The notes under the pieces: generated by a model
What the model was told of the DNA's origin: nothing
Seen by the model: only the letters and a program-made list of their open reading frames with translations
The model's database searches: none
Translations under genes and position numbers: made by a program
Assembly (NCBI GenBank): GCA_017398145.1
Contig: JAFQHD010000074.1
Span: 1 to 47,464 of the forward strand
Direction of reading: 5' to 3'
Origin: Clostridia bacterium
GTDB lineage: Bacteria > Bacillota > Clostridia > Oscillospirales > CAG-272
DNA length: 47,464 nt
Shown here: piece by piece, positions 27,062 to 35,338 of the stretch
Layout of the letters: each line of letters starts with the position of its first letter
Position numbering within the stretch: position 1 is the stretch's first letter

Positions 27062-27460
27062 TCAGTCCGAAAACCTCTGCATTCCCCACCAATCGGGAAC
27101 AAGGTCTTTAAGCTTTACTGTTTTTTCGGTTTCAAGGTCAAGGAGAATTTCGATATCTCCGCTGTCCTTATCAAGTTGCATCATAAACTCACGGCAAGCT
27201 CCGCAGGGTGATCCTACCCTGCCGTCAGGCATTACCGCAACGACCTTGTCGATTTGGCTTTCACCGTTTGTAATCATATTGGCTATAGCGTTTCTCTCGG
27301 CACACATTCCAAGCCCCGAGGCTGTGTCTATGCAGACACCGACATAAATGTTTCCCTGCTTTGTAAGAATTGCCGCCGCAACTCCGCCGGCATCTATAAA
27401 CGGTGATATCGTCCGATCATTCTGAACTTTAATTGCTTCGTTGTATAATTTATTCCACAT
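27062..27460 (-). CDS. Cytidine deaminase family protein (three-Cys Zn type, Cdd/BSD-like)
   Basis: CAERNAIA and SPCGACRE. Confidence 0.88.
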   Translation of the reverse strand: MWNKLYNEAIKVQNDRTISPFIDAGGVAAAILTKQGNIYVGVCIDTASGLGMCAERNAIANMITNGESQIDKVVAVMPDGRVGSPCGACREFMMQLDKDSGDIEILLDLETEKTVKLKDLVPDWWGMQRFSD

Positions 27461-27605
27461 AGTATTTGCCTCGTAGAGCTCTTTTTTACATCAAGTATAT
27501 TTTATCGCATAAGCATAAAAAAGTCAACTTTGATTACAATACCATCTTTAATATTTCTGATATTACTGATGTCATTAATTTTTAAACGAATTACTGTATA
27601 AACAG

Positions 27606-27641
27606 AACACCCGACGGAGTGAAATCATCCTGTCGGGTGTT
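27606..27641. terminator. Terminator, copy 1 of the AACACCCGA...TCGGGTGTT family
   Basis: Hairpin directly after the small XRE stop codon. Confidence 0.8.
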
Positions 27642-27648
27642 TGTTATG

Positions 27649-27849
27649 TCATTCATCAAACAATCGGTCGATTGAGACCGAAAAGAGCTTTGCTATATCG
27701 GGCAAAAGAGTGATATCCGGCAAGGAGCGTTCCTGCTCCCATTTTGATACCGCTTGTACGCTGACCCGCAGTTTGTATGCCAAAGCACGTTGAGTCAGCC
27801 CCGATGAAATTCGCAGCTCTTTAATATTTTTGCCTATCGGCAGATTCAT
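27649..27849 (-). CDS. Small stand-alone XRE HTH protein (66 aa)
   Basis: LTQRALAYKLRVSVQAVSKWEQERSLPDITLLPDIAKLF; GAGAGGT RBS. Confidence 0.88.
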   Translation of the reverse strand: MNLPIGKNIKELRISSGLTQRALAYKLRVSVQAVSKWEQERSLPDITLLPDIAKLFSVSIDRLFDE

Positions 27850-27957
27850 AGATGTGCTTACCTCTCTTTGAATAATATAGAGTGCCGCACAAAATATGAC
27901 AAGGCAAAGCTATGCCGTGGCACAGCTCCGCCCTGCTATTACTCACCTTACTCGGTC

Positions 27958-28020
27958 TTAGTGTTGACCGACAGGGGCGAGCAATACGACACCAACTGTG
28001 TGCTGTGTGCCTGAAATCAT
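27958..28020 (-). CDS. Candidate 20-aa upstream peptide MISGTQHTVGVVLLAPVGQH
   Basis: Strong RBS GAAAGGAGGGG before ATG 28020; lies between a promoter and the small XRE gene. Confidence 0.45.
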   Translation of the reverse strand: MISGTQHTVGVVLLAPVGQH

Positions 28021-28083
28021 ATACTGCCCCTCCTTTCGTAATTTAATAAAATTTATAACCTTAACGCCTGCAGTCATCTCGGC

Positions 28084-28122
28084 TACGGTTATATTTTAAC
28101 ACATACCGTAACCATATGTCAA
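28084..28122 (-). promoter_or_regulatory. Promoter and operator repeats for the peptide-XRE unit
   Basis: TTGACA-18 nt-TAAAAT with extended TG; inverted TACGGT/ACCGTA (28084-28110); ATACCGT repeated at 28103 and 28134. Confidence 0.55.
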
Positions 28123-28220
28123 TGTAAAAAAGTATACCGTTAGTAGTAGTATTTACTGCTTTTCCAAAAGAAATATTTGACACTCGGGGATTATAAAGCT
28201 ATAATATATACAGCAAAATA

Positions 28221-29051
28221 ATGGAGAATAACATGAATAATATTATAGAAATAACAGATTTTCAAGCGCCCGAGCTGGACGTGTATGCACGGCTGAGCGA
28301 GGTTCAGCTCTTGAACAGAGAGTTTCCCGAAAAAGGTATGTTTATTGCCGAAAGCCCGAAGGTTATTGAACGGGCTCTTGATGCCGGATATGAAGCGATC
28401 TCGTGTCTTATGGAGAAAAAGCATATCGAGGGTGAGGGCAAGCATATTCTTGACAGGATAGGGGATGTGCCCGTTTACTGTGCGGAGTTTGATATTCTGA
28501 CACAGCTCACGGGCTTTAAGCTCACGCGCGGTATGCTGTGTGCCATGAGACGCAAGCCTCTGGCAACAGTTGAGGAGATCTGCAAAGATAAAAACAGAAT
28601 AGTTATACTTGATAAAGTGATGAATCCCACAAACGTGGGTGCTATAATCCGTTCGGCTGCGGCTCTCGGAATGGATGCAGTGCTCCTCACTCCCGGTTGC
28701 TCGGATCCTCTGTACAGACGTGCGGCAAGGGTCAGTATGGGCACCGTATTTCAGATCGAATGGACGTTTTTGCCTGATGACAGCCTTGGTGAAATAAAGG
28801 AGCTCGGCTTTAAAACCGTAGCTATGGCACTGAAGGACAATTCCCTTTCCATTAATGACCCCGGGCTGAACGCTGAAAAGAAGCTTGCGATAATTATGGG
28901 TACCGAGGGTGACGGGCTCTCTGACCAAACCATATCCGACTGCGATTATACCGTAAAAATACCAATGTATCACGGAGTGGACTCGCTGAACGTTGCTGCC
29001 GCTTCCGCCGTGGCATTCTATGCTCTCGGCCGTAAGCAGAAACTAAGTTGA
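28221..29051 (+). CDS. TrmH/SpoU-family RNA 2'-O-methyltransferase
   Basis: FIAES, NPTNVGAIIRSAAALG, RVSMG, GTEGDGL, IPM..GVDSLNVAAA. Start may be ATG 28233; promoter TTGACA-17-TATAAT at 28177-28205. Confidence 0.92.
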   Translation: MENNMNNIIEITDFQAPELDVYARLSEVQLLNREFPEKGMFIAESPKVIERALDAGYEAISCLMEKKHIEGEGKHILDRIGDVPVYCAEFDILTQLTGFKLTRGMLCAMRRKPLATVEEICKDKNRIVILDKVMNPTNVGAIIRSAAALGMDAVLLTPGCSDPLYRRAARVSMGTVFQIEWTFLPDDSLGEIKELGFKTVAMALKDNSLSINDPGLNAEKKLAIIMGTEGDGLSDQTISDCDYTVKIPMYHGVDSLNVAAASAVAFYALGRKQKLS

Positions 29052-29070
29052 GATAACAGGAGAATTACCT

Positions 29071-30177
29071 ATGGAATACAGAAAACTACCTCACGGAAGT
29101 GAAAATGAAAAATTCAGCGTACTGGGTCTCGGACTTGGCGGTATCGGACAGACTCCCGCCGATGAAATAGAGGCCATAATCCGCAAAGCCATAGATCACG
29201 GAATAAACTTCTTTGATATGTGTACCGCCGGTGCCACCTACGCACCCTTTGGACGTGCCATTGCGGGCAGGCGTGAACAGGTATTTTTGCAGATTCATTT
29301 CGGTGCGGTCTATGATGAAAAGGGTGAATACGGCTGGTGCCGTGATTTTGAGACTATCAAAAAGACCTTTCTCTGGGAGCTTGACACTCTCGGTACCGAC
29401 TACGTGGACTTTGGATTTCTACACTGTGTTGACGAGGACGAGGATTTTGACAAGCTGGTGGAGATTGGCGTTTGGGACTATTTGAAGGAGCTTAAGTCAC
29501 AGGGTGTTGTCCGTCATATCGGATTTTCTTCCCATACCCCCTCTGTCGCCAACCGTATCATTGACACGGGGCTGGTTGATATGATGATGTTCTCCATCAA
29601 CCCTGCCTATGATTTTGAAAAGGGTGACGAGTACGGTATCGGCTCTGTCAAGGAACGCTTTGAACTGCTCAGCCGTTGCTCAAGAGAAGGTATTGGAATC
29701 TCTGTAATGAAGCCCTTTTTTGCGGGTCAGCTGCTTAGTGCAGAGCATTCTCCCTTTGGTGAAGCTCTGACTCACGCTCAATGTCTGCAATACGCTATCG
29801 ACCGTCCCGGAGTTCTTGTGGCTGTCCCCGGAGTACAGACTATGAAGCATCTGGATCAGGTGCTTAAATTCCTTGAAGCTACAGATGAAGAAAAGGACTA
29901 CTCGGTTATCGGCGGCTTTACCGCTGACAAAATTTCCGGTACCTGTGTTTACTGTAACCACTGTCAGCCCTGCCCTGCCGGTATAGATATCGGTCTGGTG
30001 AATAAGTATTATGATCTGGCGCTGGCAGGGGACGAGATCGCCGCAAACCATTATACCAAGCTGTCGGTCAAGGCAGATGCTTGTCTTAAGTGCGGTCACT
30101 GTGAGGATCGCTGCCCCTTTGACGTAAAGCAGATGTCTAAAATGACCGAGATAGACTGTTATTTTGATGCGAAATAA
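29071..30177 (+). CDS. Aldo/keto reductase with C-terminal 4Fe-4S dicluster
   Basis: GINFFD, LGTDYVDFGFLH, IGFSSH, VMKPF; CVYCNHCQPCP and CLKCGHCEDRCP. Confidence 0.92.
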   Translation: MEYRKLPHGSENEKFSVLGLGLGGIGQTPADEIEAIIRKAIDHGINFFDMCTAGATYAPFGRAIAGRREQVFLQIHFGAVYDEKGEYGWCRDFETIKKTFLWELDTLGTDYVDFGFLHCVDEDEDFDKLVEIGVWDYLKELKSQGVVRHIGFSSHTPSVANRIIDTGLVDMMMFSINPAYDFEKGDEYGIGSVKERFELLSRCSREGIGISVMKPFFAGQLLSAEHSPFGEALTHAQCLQYAIDRPGVLVAVPGVQTMKHLDQVLKFLEATDEEKDYSVIGGFTADKISGTCVYCNHCQPCPAGIDIGLVNKYYDLALAGDEIAANHYTKLSVKADACLKCGHCEDRCPFDVKQMSKMTEIDCYFDAK

Positions 30178-30190
30178 TATACATATAAGC

Positions 30191-30225
30191 AACACCCGAT
30201 AGGCTTGCTTAACCTATCGGGTGTT
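30191..30225. terminator. Terminator, copy 2 of the AACACCCGA...TCGGGTGTT family
   Basis: AACACCCGATAGG-loop-CCTATCGGGTGTT. Confidence 0.85.
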
Positions 30226-30227
30226 TG

Positions 30228-30404
30228 TTATGTTACGTCGTTAAACAGTTGGTCGATTGTGACCGAAAAAAGCTTGGTTATCCTGGGCAACAGGGTAACG
30301 TCGGGATAGGACAGCTCCTGTTCCCATTTTGATACCGCCTGTACGCTGACCTGCAGCTTATACGCCAATGCTCTTTGGGTCATTCCTCTTGAAATACGTA
30401 ACTG
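30228..30404 (-). pseudogene. 5'-truncated paralog of the small XRE gene
   Basis: Reads QLRISRGMTQRALAYKLQVSVQAVSKWEQELSYPDVTLLPRITKLFSVTIDQLFNDVT*. The first ~9 codons, RBS and leader are missing, with the ccdA 3' end in their place. Confidence 0.8.
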
Positions 30405-30418
30405 CCGGTAGCAGCAAG

Positions 30419-31114
30419 TTAAATCAGAGCGTCGGTCAGATTATATATTCCTGCAAGCAGTATTACTGTTCCCATCACGATTTTTATAATTGCAGTAACT
30501 TTATTATATCGCTTATTTTGACTGATTTTCTGCATTAATCCAACCGATGTTCCCGCCAGAAGTATAAGCACGCTGTGACCTATAGAGTATAGCAGCATTA
30601 AAAGCACGCCCCACATCATATTGCCTTTATCCGCAAGCATTGCAAGCAAGGCAACGAGCACAGGTGTTGAACAATGCGAGGAAAACACCCCTGCAAGCAG
30701 ACCCGAAACAAACGCACCTGCAAAACCGCGTTTTTGATTCTTTGATACAAGATCTGCCGAAGGTATAACCCTGATAATTCCCCATAGCTGCAATGCCATA
30801 ACTATCAGAAGCAACCCAAGTATGATATGCCATATATGTGACGAGGTGTTTATCAAGTGTCCTGCCAGTGTTGCAATAATACCGAGTGCAACGAATGTAA
30901 CGGTACTTCCTGTCGAAAAAAACACAGAATAAGCAAATGCCCTTTTTGGCTCTTTTACGCCTGTACCACCCACATATCCAAGTATCAAGGGGAGAGTCGA
31001 AAGCGAACAAGGTGTAAGAGTGGTTAGTACTCCTGCCGCAAGAGCGAGCAGAGGTGCAAGCCACATATTGTGTCCGATAAGCTCAGCAATCCGTGATAAT
31101 AAAGACTCTATCAT
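30419..31114 (-). CDS. ccdA: CcdA/DsbD transmembrane disulfide reductase
   Basis: Six TM helices with LTPCSL..LP and SSHCSTP Cys pair; YSIGH. Confidence 0.88.
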   Translation of the reverse strand: MIESLLSRIAELIGHNMWLAPLLALAAGVLTTLTPCSLSTLPLILGYVGGTGVKEPKRAFAYSVFFSTGSTVTFVALGIIATLAGHLINTSSHIWHIILGLLLIVMALQLWGIIRVIPSADLVSKNQKRGFAGAFVSGLLAGVFSSHCSTPVLVALLAMLADKGNMMWGVLLMLLYSIGHSVLILLAGTSVGLMQKISQNKRYNKVTAIIKIVMGTVILLAGIYNLTDALI

Positions 31115-31289
31115 TAGTTCCGCCCCATTTCTGATTATATTTATATAATAACTAAGATTTGCGCATCTTAAACAGTATAAATCTCAAAGCCGTTTATTCT
31201 TTCTTGTCAGTTCTCTGAACATTAATAGTTTTCCCTCTCATATTTAATGAAACCGTTTTTTTATTTTCGCTGTTCCGTATGATACTGCA

Positions 31290-31715
31290 TTATATCAATA
31301 CTCCGTTACAATGATCGATCTCGTGCTGTATTATCTGGGCGGTCCAGCCTGTGTAGGTCTTAATGCGGGTCTGCATTTCGACAGTCTGGTATCTGACCTT
31401 GATGCTTTTGTATCTCTTACATTTTCTCGGTCCTCCGAGAAGTGACAGACAGCTCTCCTCGGTATCGTATGCTCCCTCTGCCTTGATGATCTCGGGATTG
31501 AGCATAACCGTATATGTAGGTGTCCTTCCGCTTTCGTCAAGAAAGGCAATTATACGTTTACGCACACCTATCATATTTGCTGCCATACCGACACAGCCCT
31601 CACGGTGTTCGATCAATGTATCAAGCAGATCTTGTGCTGTCTGTATATCATCTTTAGTTGCTATCTCCGATTTTCCTGCAAGGAAGATCTGATCGTGCAT
31701 CAGTTCTTTGATCAT
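31290..31715 (-). CDS. def: Peptide deformylase (short form)
   Basis: CVGMAANMIG, EESCLS, QHEIDH. Confidence 0.88.
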   Translation of the reverse strand: MIKELMHDQIFLAGKSEIATKDDIQTAQDLLDTLIEHREGCVGMAANMIGVRKRIIAFLDESGRTPTYTVMLNPEIIKAEGAYDTEESCLSLLGGPRKCKRYKSIKVRYQTVEMQTRIKTYTGWTAQIIQHEIDHCNGVLI

Positions 31716-32269
31716 TTCATCTTCTTTCCATCAGAAAATGCCTGACCTACTTTTTCACCGAAACTCCAATAAACGTGGGTAGCGCTGTCGTAGATAATGG
31801 GATCAAGCTTCTTGGCATCTATCTTTCCGTCCTCGGAAAGAATAGATGTGTCAGCAGAGACGTTCACTATCTCGCCTATGCAGATTCCGTCCTCGTTGAA
31901 CTTATGGAGCTTGCACTCAACTGTCATGGGCAATTCTTCGATAATGGGAGCGTTGACAAACTCGCTCTTTACGGCATGGAAGCCTGCTTTTTCAAACTTA
32001 TCGGGCTCGTCGTTTCCCGAAACTATACCCACATAGTCACAGGGGACTACCGTCTTTGCGGTAGCAAAGCTGACGGTAAATGCTCCTGTTTTAAGAATAT
32101 TGGCGGTCGTCTTATGCTCGTCTGCAAGACAGACCATAACTAAATTCGTATCGTAGATCCCTCCCCAAGCCGCGTTCATCGCGTTGGGTTTTCCGTTTTC
32201 GTCATATGTTCCGACGATAAGCACCGGCATAGGATAAAGCCAGTTTTTAACTCCAAAATTCTTACGCAT
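31712..32269 (-). CDS. Flavin reductase / flavoredoxin family protein
   Basis: LYPMPVLIVGTYDENGKPNAMNAAWGG, DYVGIVSG, APIIEE...ECK. Confidence 0.88.
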   Translation of the reverse strand: MRKNFGVKNWLYPMPVLIVGTYDENGKPNAMNAAWGGIYDTNLVMVCLADEHKTTANILKTGAFTVSFATAKTVVPCDYVGIVSGNDEPDKFEKAGFHAVKSEFVNAPIIEELPMTVECKLHKFNEDGICIGEIVNVSADTSILSEDGKIDAKKLDPIIYDSATHVYWSFGEKVGQAFSDGKKMK

Positions 32270-32281
32270 AATATTCTCCTT

Positions 32282-32830
32282 TTAGTTTTTAATGATACTT
32301 TCCCAGGTTTCTTTTGTCATTAAATTACAGTGACCGGTACGTATCTCACCGAGCAAGCTTACTTCAAGACCCTCGGTTTTATGCTGATATACAAAGCCCA
32401 GCTTTTCCTGTACTCTTTTTGATTTTTCGTTACCGTCATAGTAGCCACACCACACGGCACGCATACCCAGCTCTTCGAAAGCATAACGCAAAAGTTCACG
32501 GGCGCTTTCGGGTATAAGTCCCTGACCCCAAAAGGGTTTACCTATCCAGTAACCAAGCTCACATTCATCGTCTCTGTCTGTCATATCGGTACTACCGTTC
32601 AGTTTAAGACCTATGCTTCCGACAGCACAGCCATCCTCTTTAAGACAAACGGCATAGGTTTCGGGAACCGAAAGAACGTTTCGGATGATCTCTCGGCTGT
32701 TCTCGACACTTGTATGTACAGGCCAACCTGCAATCGGACCCACATCGGGATCGCTTGCATATTTGTATAAGTCCTCGGCATCATCCTCCCGCCAAGGACG
32801 TAAAATAAGACGTTCAGTTTCTAATATCAT
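32282..32830 (-). CDS. GNAT N-acetyltransferase (RimJ/RimL-like)
   Basis: LETERLILRPW, ELGYWIGKPFWGQG, N.KS.RVQEKLGF. Confidence 0.92.
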   Translation of the reverse strand: MILETERLILRPWREDDAEDLYKYASDPDVGPIAGWPVHTSVENSREIIRNVLSVPETYAVCLKEDGCAVGSIGLKLNGSTDMTDRDDECELGYWIGKPFWGQGLIPESARELLRYAFEELGMRAVWCGYYDGNEKSKRVQEKLGFVYQHKTEGLEVSLLGEIRTGHCNLMTKETWESIIKN

Positions 32831-33207
32831 TTTCTGTCCTCACAGTATATCTCAATAGCTTCTGCCGCAAATTCGGCAGTTCCATCTCCGTTTTTGTTGA
32901 TATTATTCTTAAATCGTTCGTCACAGACGTACATCTTTCCAAGACCGCAAAGGATCTCGTCGGTACATGTATAATAGTTCTCGGTTATATGTGCCTTAAG
33001 CTTATGTACGAGGTCCTGCGCTTCGACTGTATCGGTTGTAAAACCATTTGACTTGCAATCGGCAAACGCGGCAAATACAGCCATTAAGCCGTTATTGGCA
33101 TCTGCCCATTTTTCCTTTGAATAGTTCTTTGTTTTTTCCGAATGCTCACGGTAAACCTCTGTACCGCCCCAACGCTCACGGGCTTCGAATTTGTAATTGT
33201 TATTCAT
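32827..33207 (-). CDS. Stand-alone TipAS antibiotic-recognition domain protein
   Basis: EARERWG.T..Y, AQDLV......I...YY.CT.EIL.GLGKMYV.DERF..NI...G.G.AEF...AI. Start at ATG 33207 after GAAGGGG. Confidence 0.85.
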   Translation of the reverse strand: MNNNYKFEARERWGGTEVYREHSEKTKNYSKEKWADANNGLMAVFAAFADCKSNGFTTDTVEAQDLVHKLKAHITENYYTCTDEILCGLGKMYVCDERFKNNINKNGDGTAEFAAEAIEIYCEDRK

Positions 33208-33217
33208 ATTAACCCCT

Positions 33218-34072
33218 TCACTTTTTAAAAGGCAGCAGCACTCTCGTCTGCTTTTTATACTCGGCGAAGCCTTCTTTTTTGGACTGTCTGCGGTCTGCCA
33301 TAGGGATGCTGACACAGATGAAGAGCAAGGTGTTGGCAAAGGCTCCTGATAAGAGATACCAGACCGAAGGGCTTGCATAAGCTACAGAAAGACCCACACC
33401 CCACCACATAAGGATCTCGCCGAGATAGTTTGGATGGCGGGAATATGCCCACAGGCCGTGACGGTTAAACGCTGTGTCACGGTGACGTCTGAATCTATGC
33501 ATCTGAATATCTGCTACACCCTGCATTATTGCGGCACAAAAGGAAACGGTGAGAAAAAGTGTGCTCAATGCATTGCCCGACATTCCCTCACGGATAGCAT
33601 ACACCCCGGGCAGGATGCAGCCGTATACCACAAGGGTGGGGACCATATGTATTCCCACAAAATTGATGACGGGATAGAACGCACCCGTCTTTTCCTTAAG
33701 CATAGTATAACGCCAATCCTGATGGGTAAGGTCCCCAAAGGTATACGCCCAGTTTGCGGTCAGTCGTATCGCCCAGAAGGACACAACGAAGAGAAGAAGA
33801 ATACCGAATCCCGTCAGCTCCTTGCCTACGGCAAATGCACAAAGGATCACGGGAGGCTGAACGCTCCAATAGGGATCATAGACCGATGCGTTATTGAAAA
33901 TAAGACTGAATATAAAGGTGACGACCGTTGCCGCCGTATCTGCGATAAGTAAAGACAGCCACCAATCAAGGCTAAGTTCTCGGTAAACAAGTATACCGAT
34001 AACTGCGGCTAATATGTAAACCAGAGTAACGATAACAAAGCTCACCGTACGGTTTTGTTTGAGATTATTCAT
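33218..34072 (-). CDS. DUF1295 / steroid 5-alpha-reductase-like membrane protein
   Basis: NASVYDPYWS, QDWRY, ADIQM, GLWAYSRHPNYLGEIL.WWG. Confidence 0.88.
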   Translation of the reverse strand: MNNLKQNRTVSFVIVTLVYILAAVIGILVYRELSLDWWLSLLIADTAATVVTFIFSLIFNNASVYDPYWSVQPPVILCAFAVGKELTGFGILLLFVVSFWAIRLTANWAYTFGDLTHQDWRYTMLKEKTGAFYPVINFVGIHMVPTLVVYGCILPGVYAIREGMSGNALSTLFLTVSFCAAIMQGVADIQMHRFRRHRDTAFNRHGLWAYSRHPNYLGEILMWWGVGLSVAYASPSVWYLLSGAFANTLLFICVSIPMADRRQSKKEGFAEYKKQTRVLLPFKK

Positions 34073-34140
34073 AGAGTATTATTATACCTTTCAATGATTT
34101 TCTTGAGTATTTCTTCATCTGCCGGGCAGAAATACTTAAA
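34069..34140 (-). pseudogene. 3' stub of a MutT/NUDIX-like gene
   Basis: Reads FKYFCPADEEILKKIIERYNNTL*, with TGA overlapping the DUF1295 ATG (ATGA). FCPAD..IL is a typical MutT C-terminus. No upstream coding part is present. Confidence 0.5.
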
Positions 34141-34143
34141 AGT

Positions 34144-34216
34144 ATTGTATCAAAATTTATACCCTATGTCAATCTCTGTTTACTGTGTTGAAAATAGTCG
34201 GTATGTGTGTTATAAT
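34144..34216. promoter_or_regulatory. Divergent sigmaA promoters
   Basis: Minus: TTGACA(34172-34167)-17-TACAAT(34149-34144). Plus: TTGAAA(34188)-17-TATAAT(34211). Confidence 0.7.
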
Positions 34217-34262
34217 GTACTCGTGATAAATTCGAGCTTTGGCATCGGGAAAGGAGGAGTCT

Positions 34263-35228
34263 ATGTCTTTCAAAAAGGATGAGTTTGTGTCCTACCTTAA
34301 GGCCAAGGGGCTTAAAAGTATACGTACGTATTGCACTTATCTTCGTAAGATAGAACGGGAGCTTAAGGCTGACGTTGACACGGAATTTTGCCGTGACGGC
34401 TGTGCGGCTCTCTGTGAAATTCTTGAATCTAAGCTTCAAGAAAATAAGGTTTCGACCAAAAAGCTATCGGGCGGTAAAGGTTTATATTTAAAGAAAAAGA
34501 AATATAATGCTCTCAGGCAGATGCGTAATTCCCTTAGAAAATACATAGATTTCCGCTCTGTACCCGAGGAAAATCCATCCTTGGTTGACCGTTGGAAAAA
34601 GGACACGATGGTGGGAACGGTACGTGACGGACGTCAGCTTGAATTCATCTTAAAATACAGCGGTTATTATGTTCCCGCTCATTTCATAACCGAGGACAAG
34701 CTGCCGATACGGTATATTGCCCTGCACGAGCAGGGTATCGGAAGCGAGCCCGGGATCCGCCGCTACGGCGAGGTCATGACCGCACAGAAAATCAAGCGCA
34801 GCCGAATCCCCGTGCCTATGAGCCGCGGTAACGGTAACGAGCTGTACTATTATTTCAAGGTGCACCGTTGGGAGGAGCTGCCCCGTGCTATCGATATCCG
34901 TGACACCCACCGCGGTGCTCCTCTTTTTACAAGTAAGTTTCTGCTTGATAACTGTACTCAGTCCTATCAGCTCTTCTCGATATCCTCTGCAGAGGATTTT
35001 CGCCTAATGGCAGCAATAAACAAGGCTTTTGATGATCTGAAAAATGCTAAAGATAAGAACTATTGCGCAGTTTATCCAATAAATAATACCTATACTCTCA
35101 GCGTTTCACAGGGTTACTTCAGCCTTGTTAACGACAAGGGCGAGATAATTGAAAGGATCTCTGTAGGCAGCTTCTCTTACAGACCGAGAGATGGGTTTAA
35201 TAGGTTTAAGAAGGTTATCGGTAAGTAA
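34263..35228 (+). CDS. Hypothetical protein: N-terminal helical (integrase-SAM-like) domain plus a domain resembling the C-terminus of DUF2357/McrC-like proteins
   Basis: ATG 34263 after AAGGAGGAG; EFVSYL...TY..YLRKIE...RNSLRKYIDF; MVGTVR...QL......YYVPA......PIRYIAL...GIRRYGEV...YYYFKV..W..L. Confidence 0.6.
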   Translation: MSFKKDEFVSYLKAKGLKSIRTYCTYLRKIERELKADVDTEFCRDGCAALCEILESKLQENKVSTKKLSGGKGLYLKKKKYNALRQMRNSLRKYIDFRSVPEENPSLVDRWKKDTMVGTVRDGRQLEFILKYSGYYVPAHFITEDKLPIRYIALHEQGIGSEPGIRRYGEVMTAQKIKRSRIPVPMSRGNGNELYYYFKVHRWEELPRAIDIRDTHRGAPLFTSKFLLDNCTQSYQLFSISSAEDFRLMAAINKAFDDLKNAKDKNYCAVYPINNTYTLSVSQGYFSLVNDKGEIIERISVGSFSYRPRDGFNRFKKVIGK

Positions 35229-35247
35229 TATTTTTTGAGCATAATTC

Positions 35248-35302
35248 AACACCCGACAGGTATATGCCTTTCGGGTGTTTGTAATATTGTTTCATCAAAC
35301 AG
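35248..35302. terminator. Terminator, copy 3 of the AACACCCGA...TCGGGTGTT family, with residual XRE tail
   Basis: Hairpin 35248-35279, followed by TTCATCAAACAG (minus strand L-F-D-E, the end of the small XRE). Confidence 0.7.
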
Positions 35303-35338
35303 TCAAGGAAAATAGGTCTGCTGTTGGCAGTAGTGAGA

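Noticed and set aside
31114-31134. Possible thioredoxin-gene tail (SEMGRN*) coupled to ccdA by TAATG
   Set aside because: Six codons is too little to support; it may simply be the RBS region.
33208-33378. N-terminal extension of the TipAS ORF as a MerR remnant
   Set aside because: It is an alternate frame of the DUF1295 3' end and has no HTH features.
27606-35279. CRISPR array or integron attC sites
   Set aside because: The repeats are kilobases apart, behave as terminators, and there are no cas or intI genes in the window.
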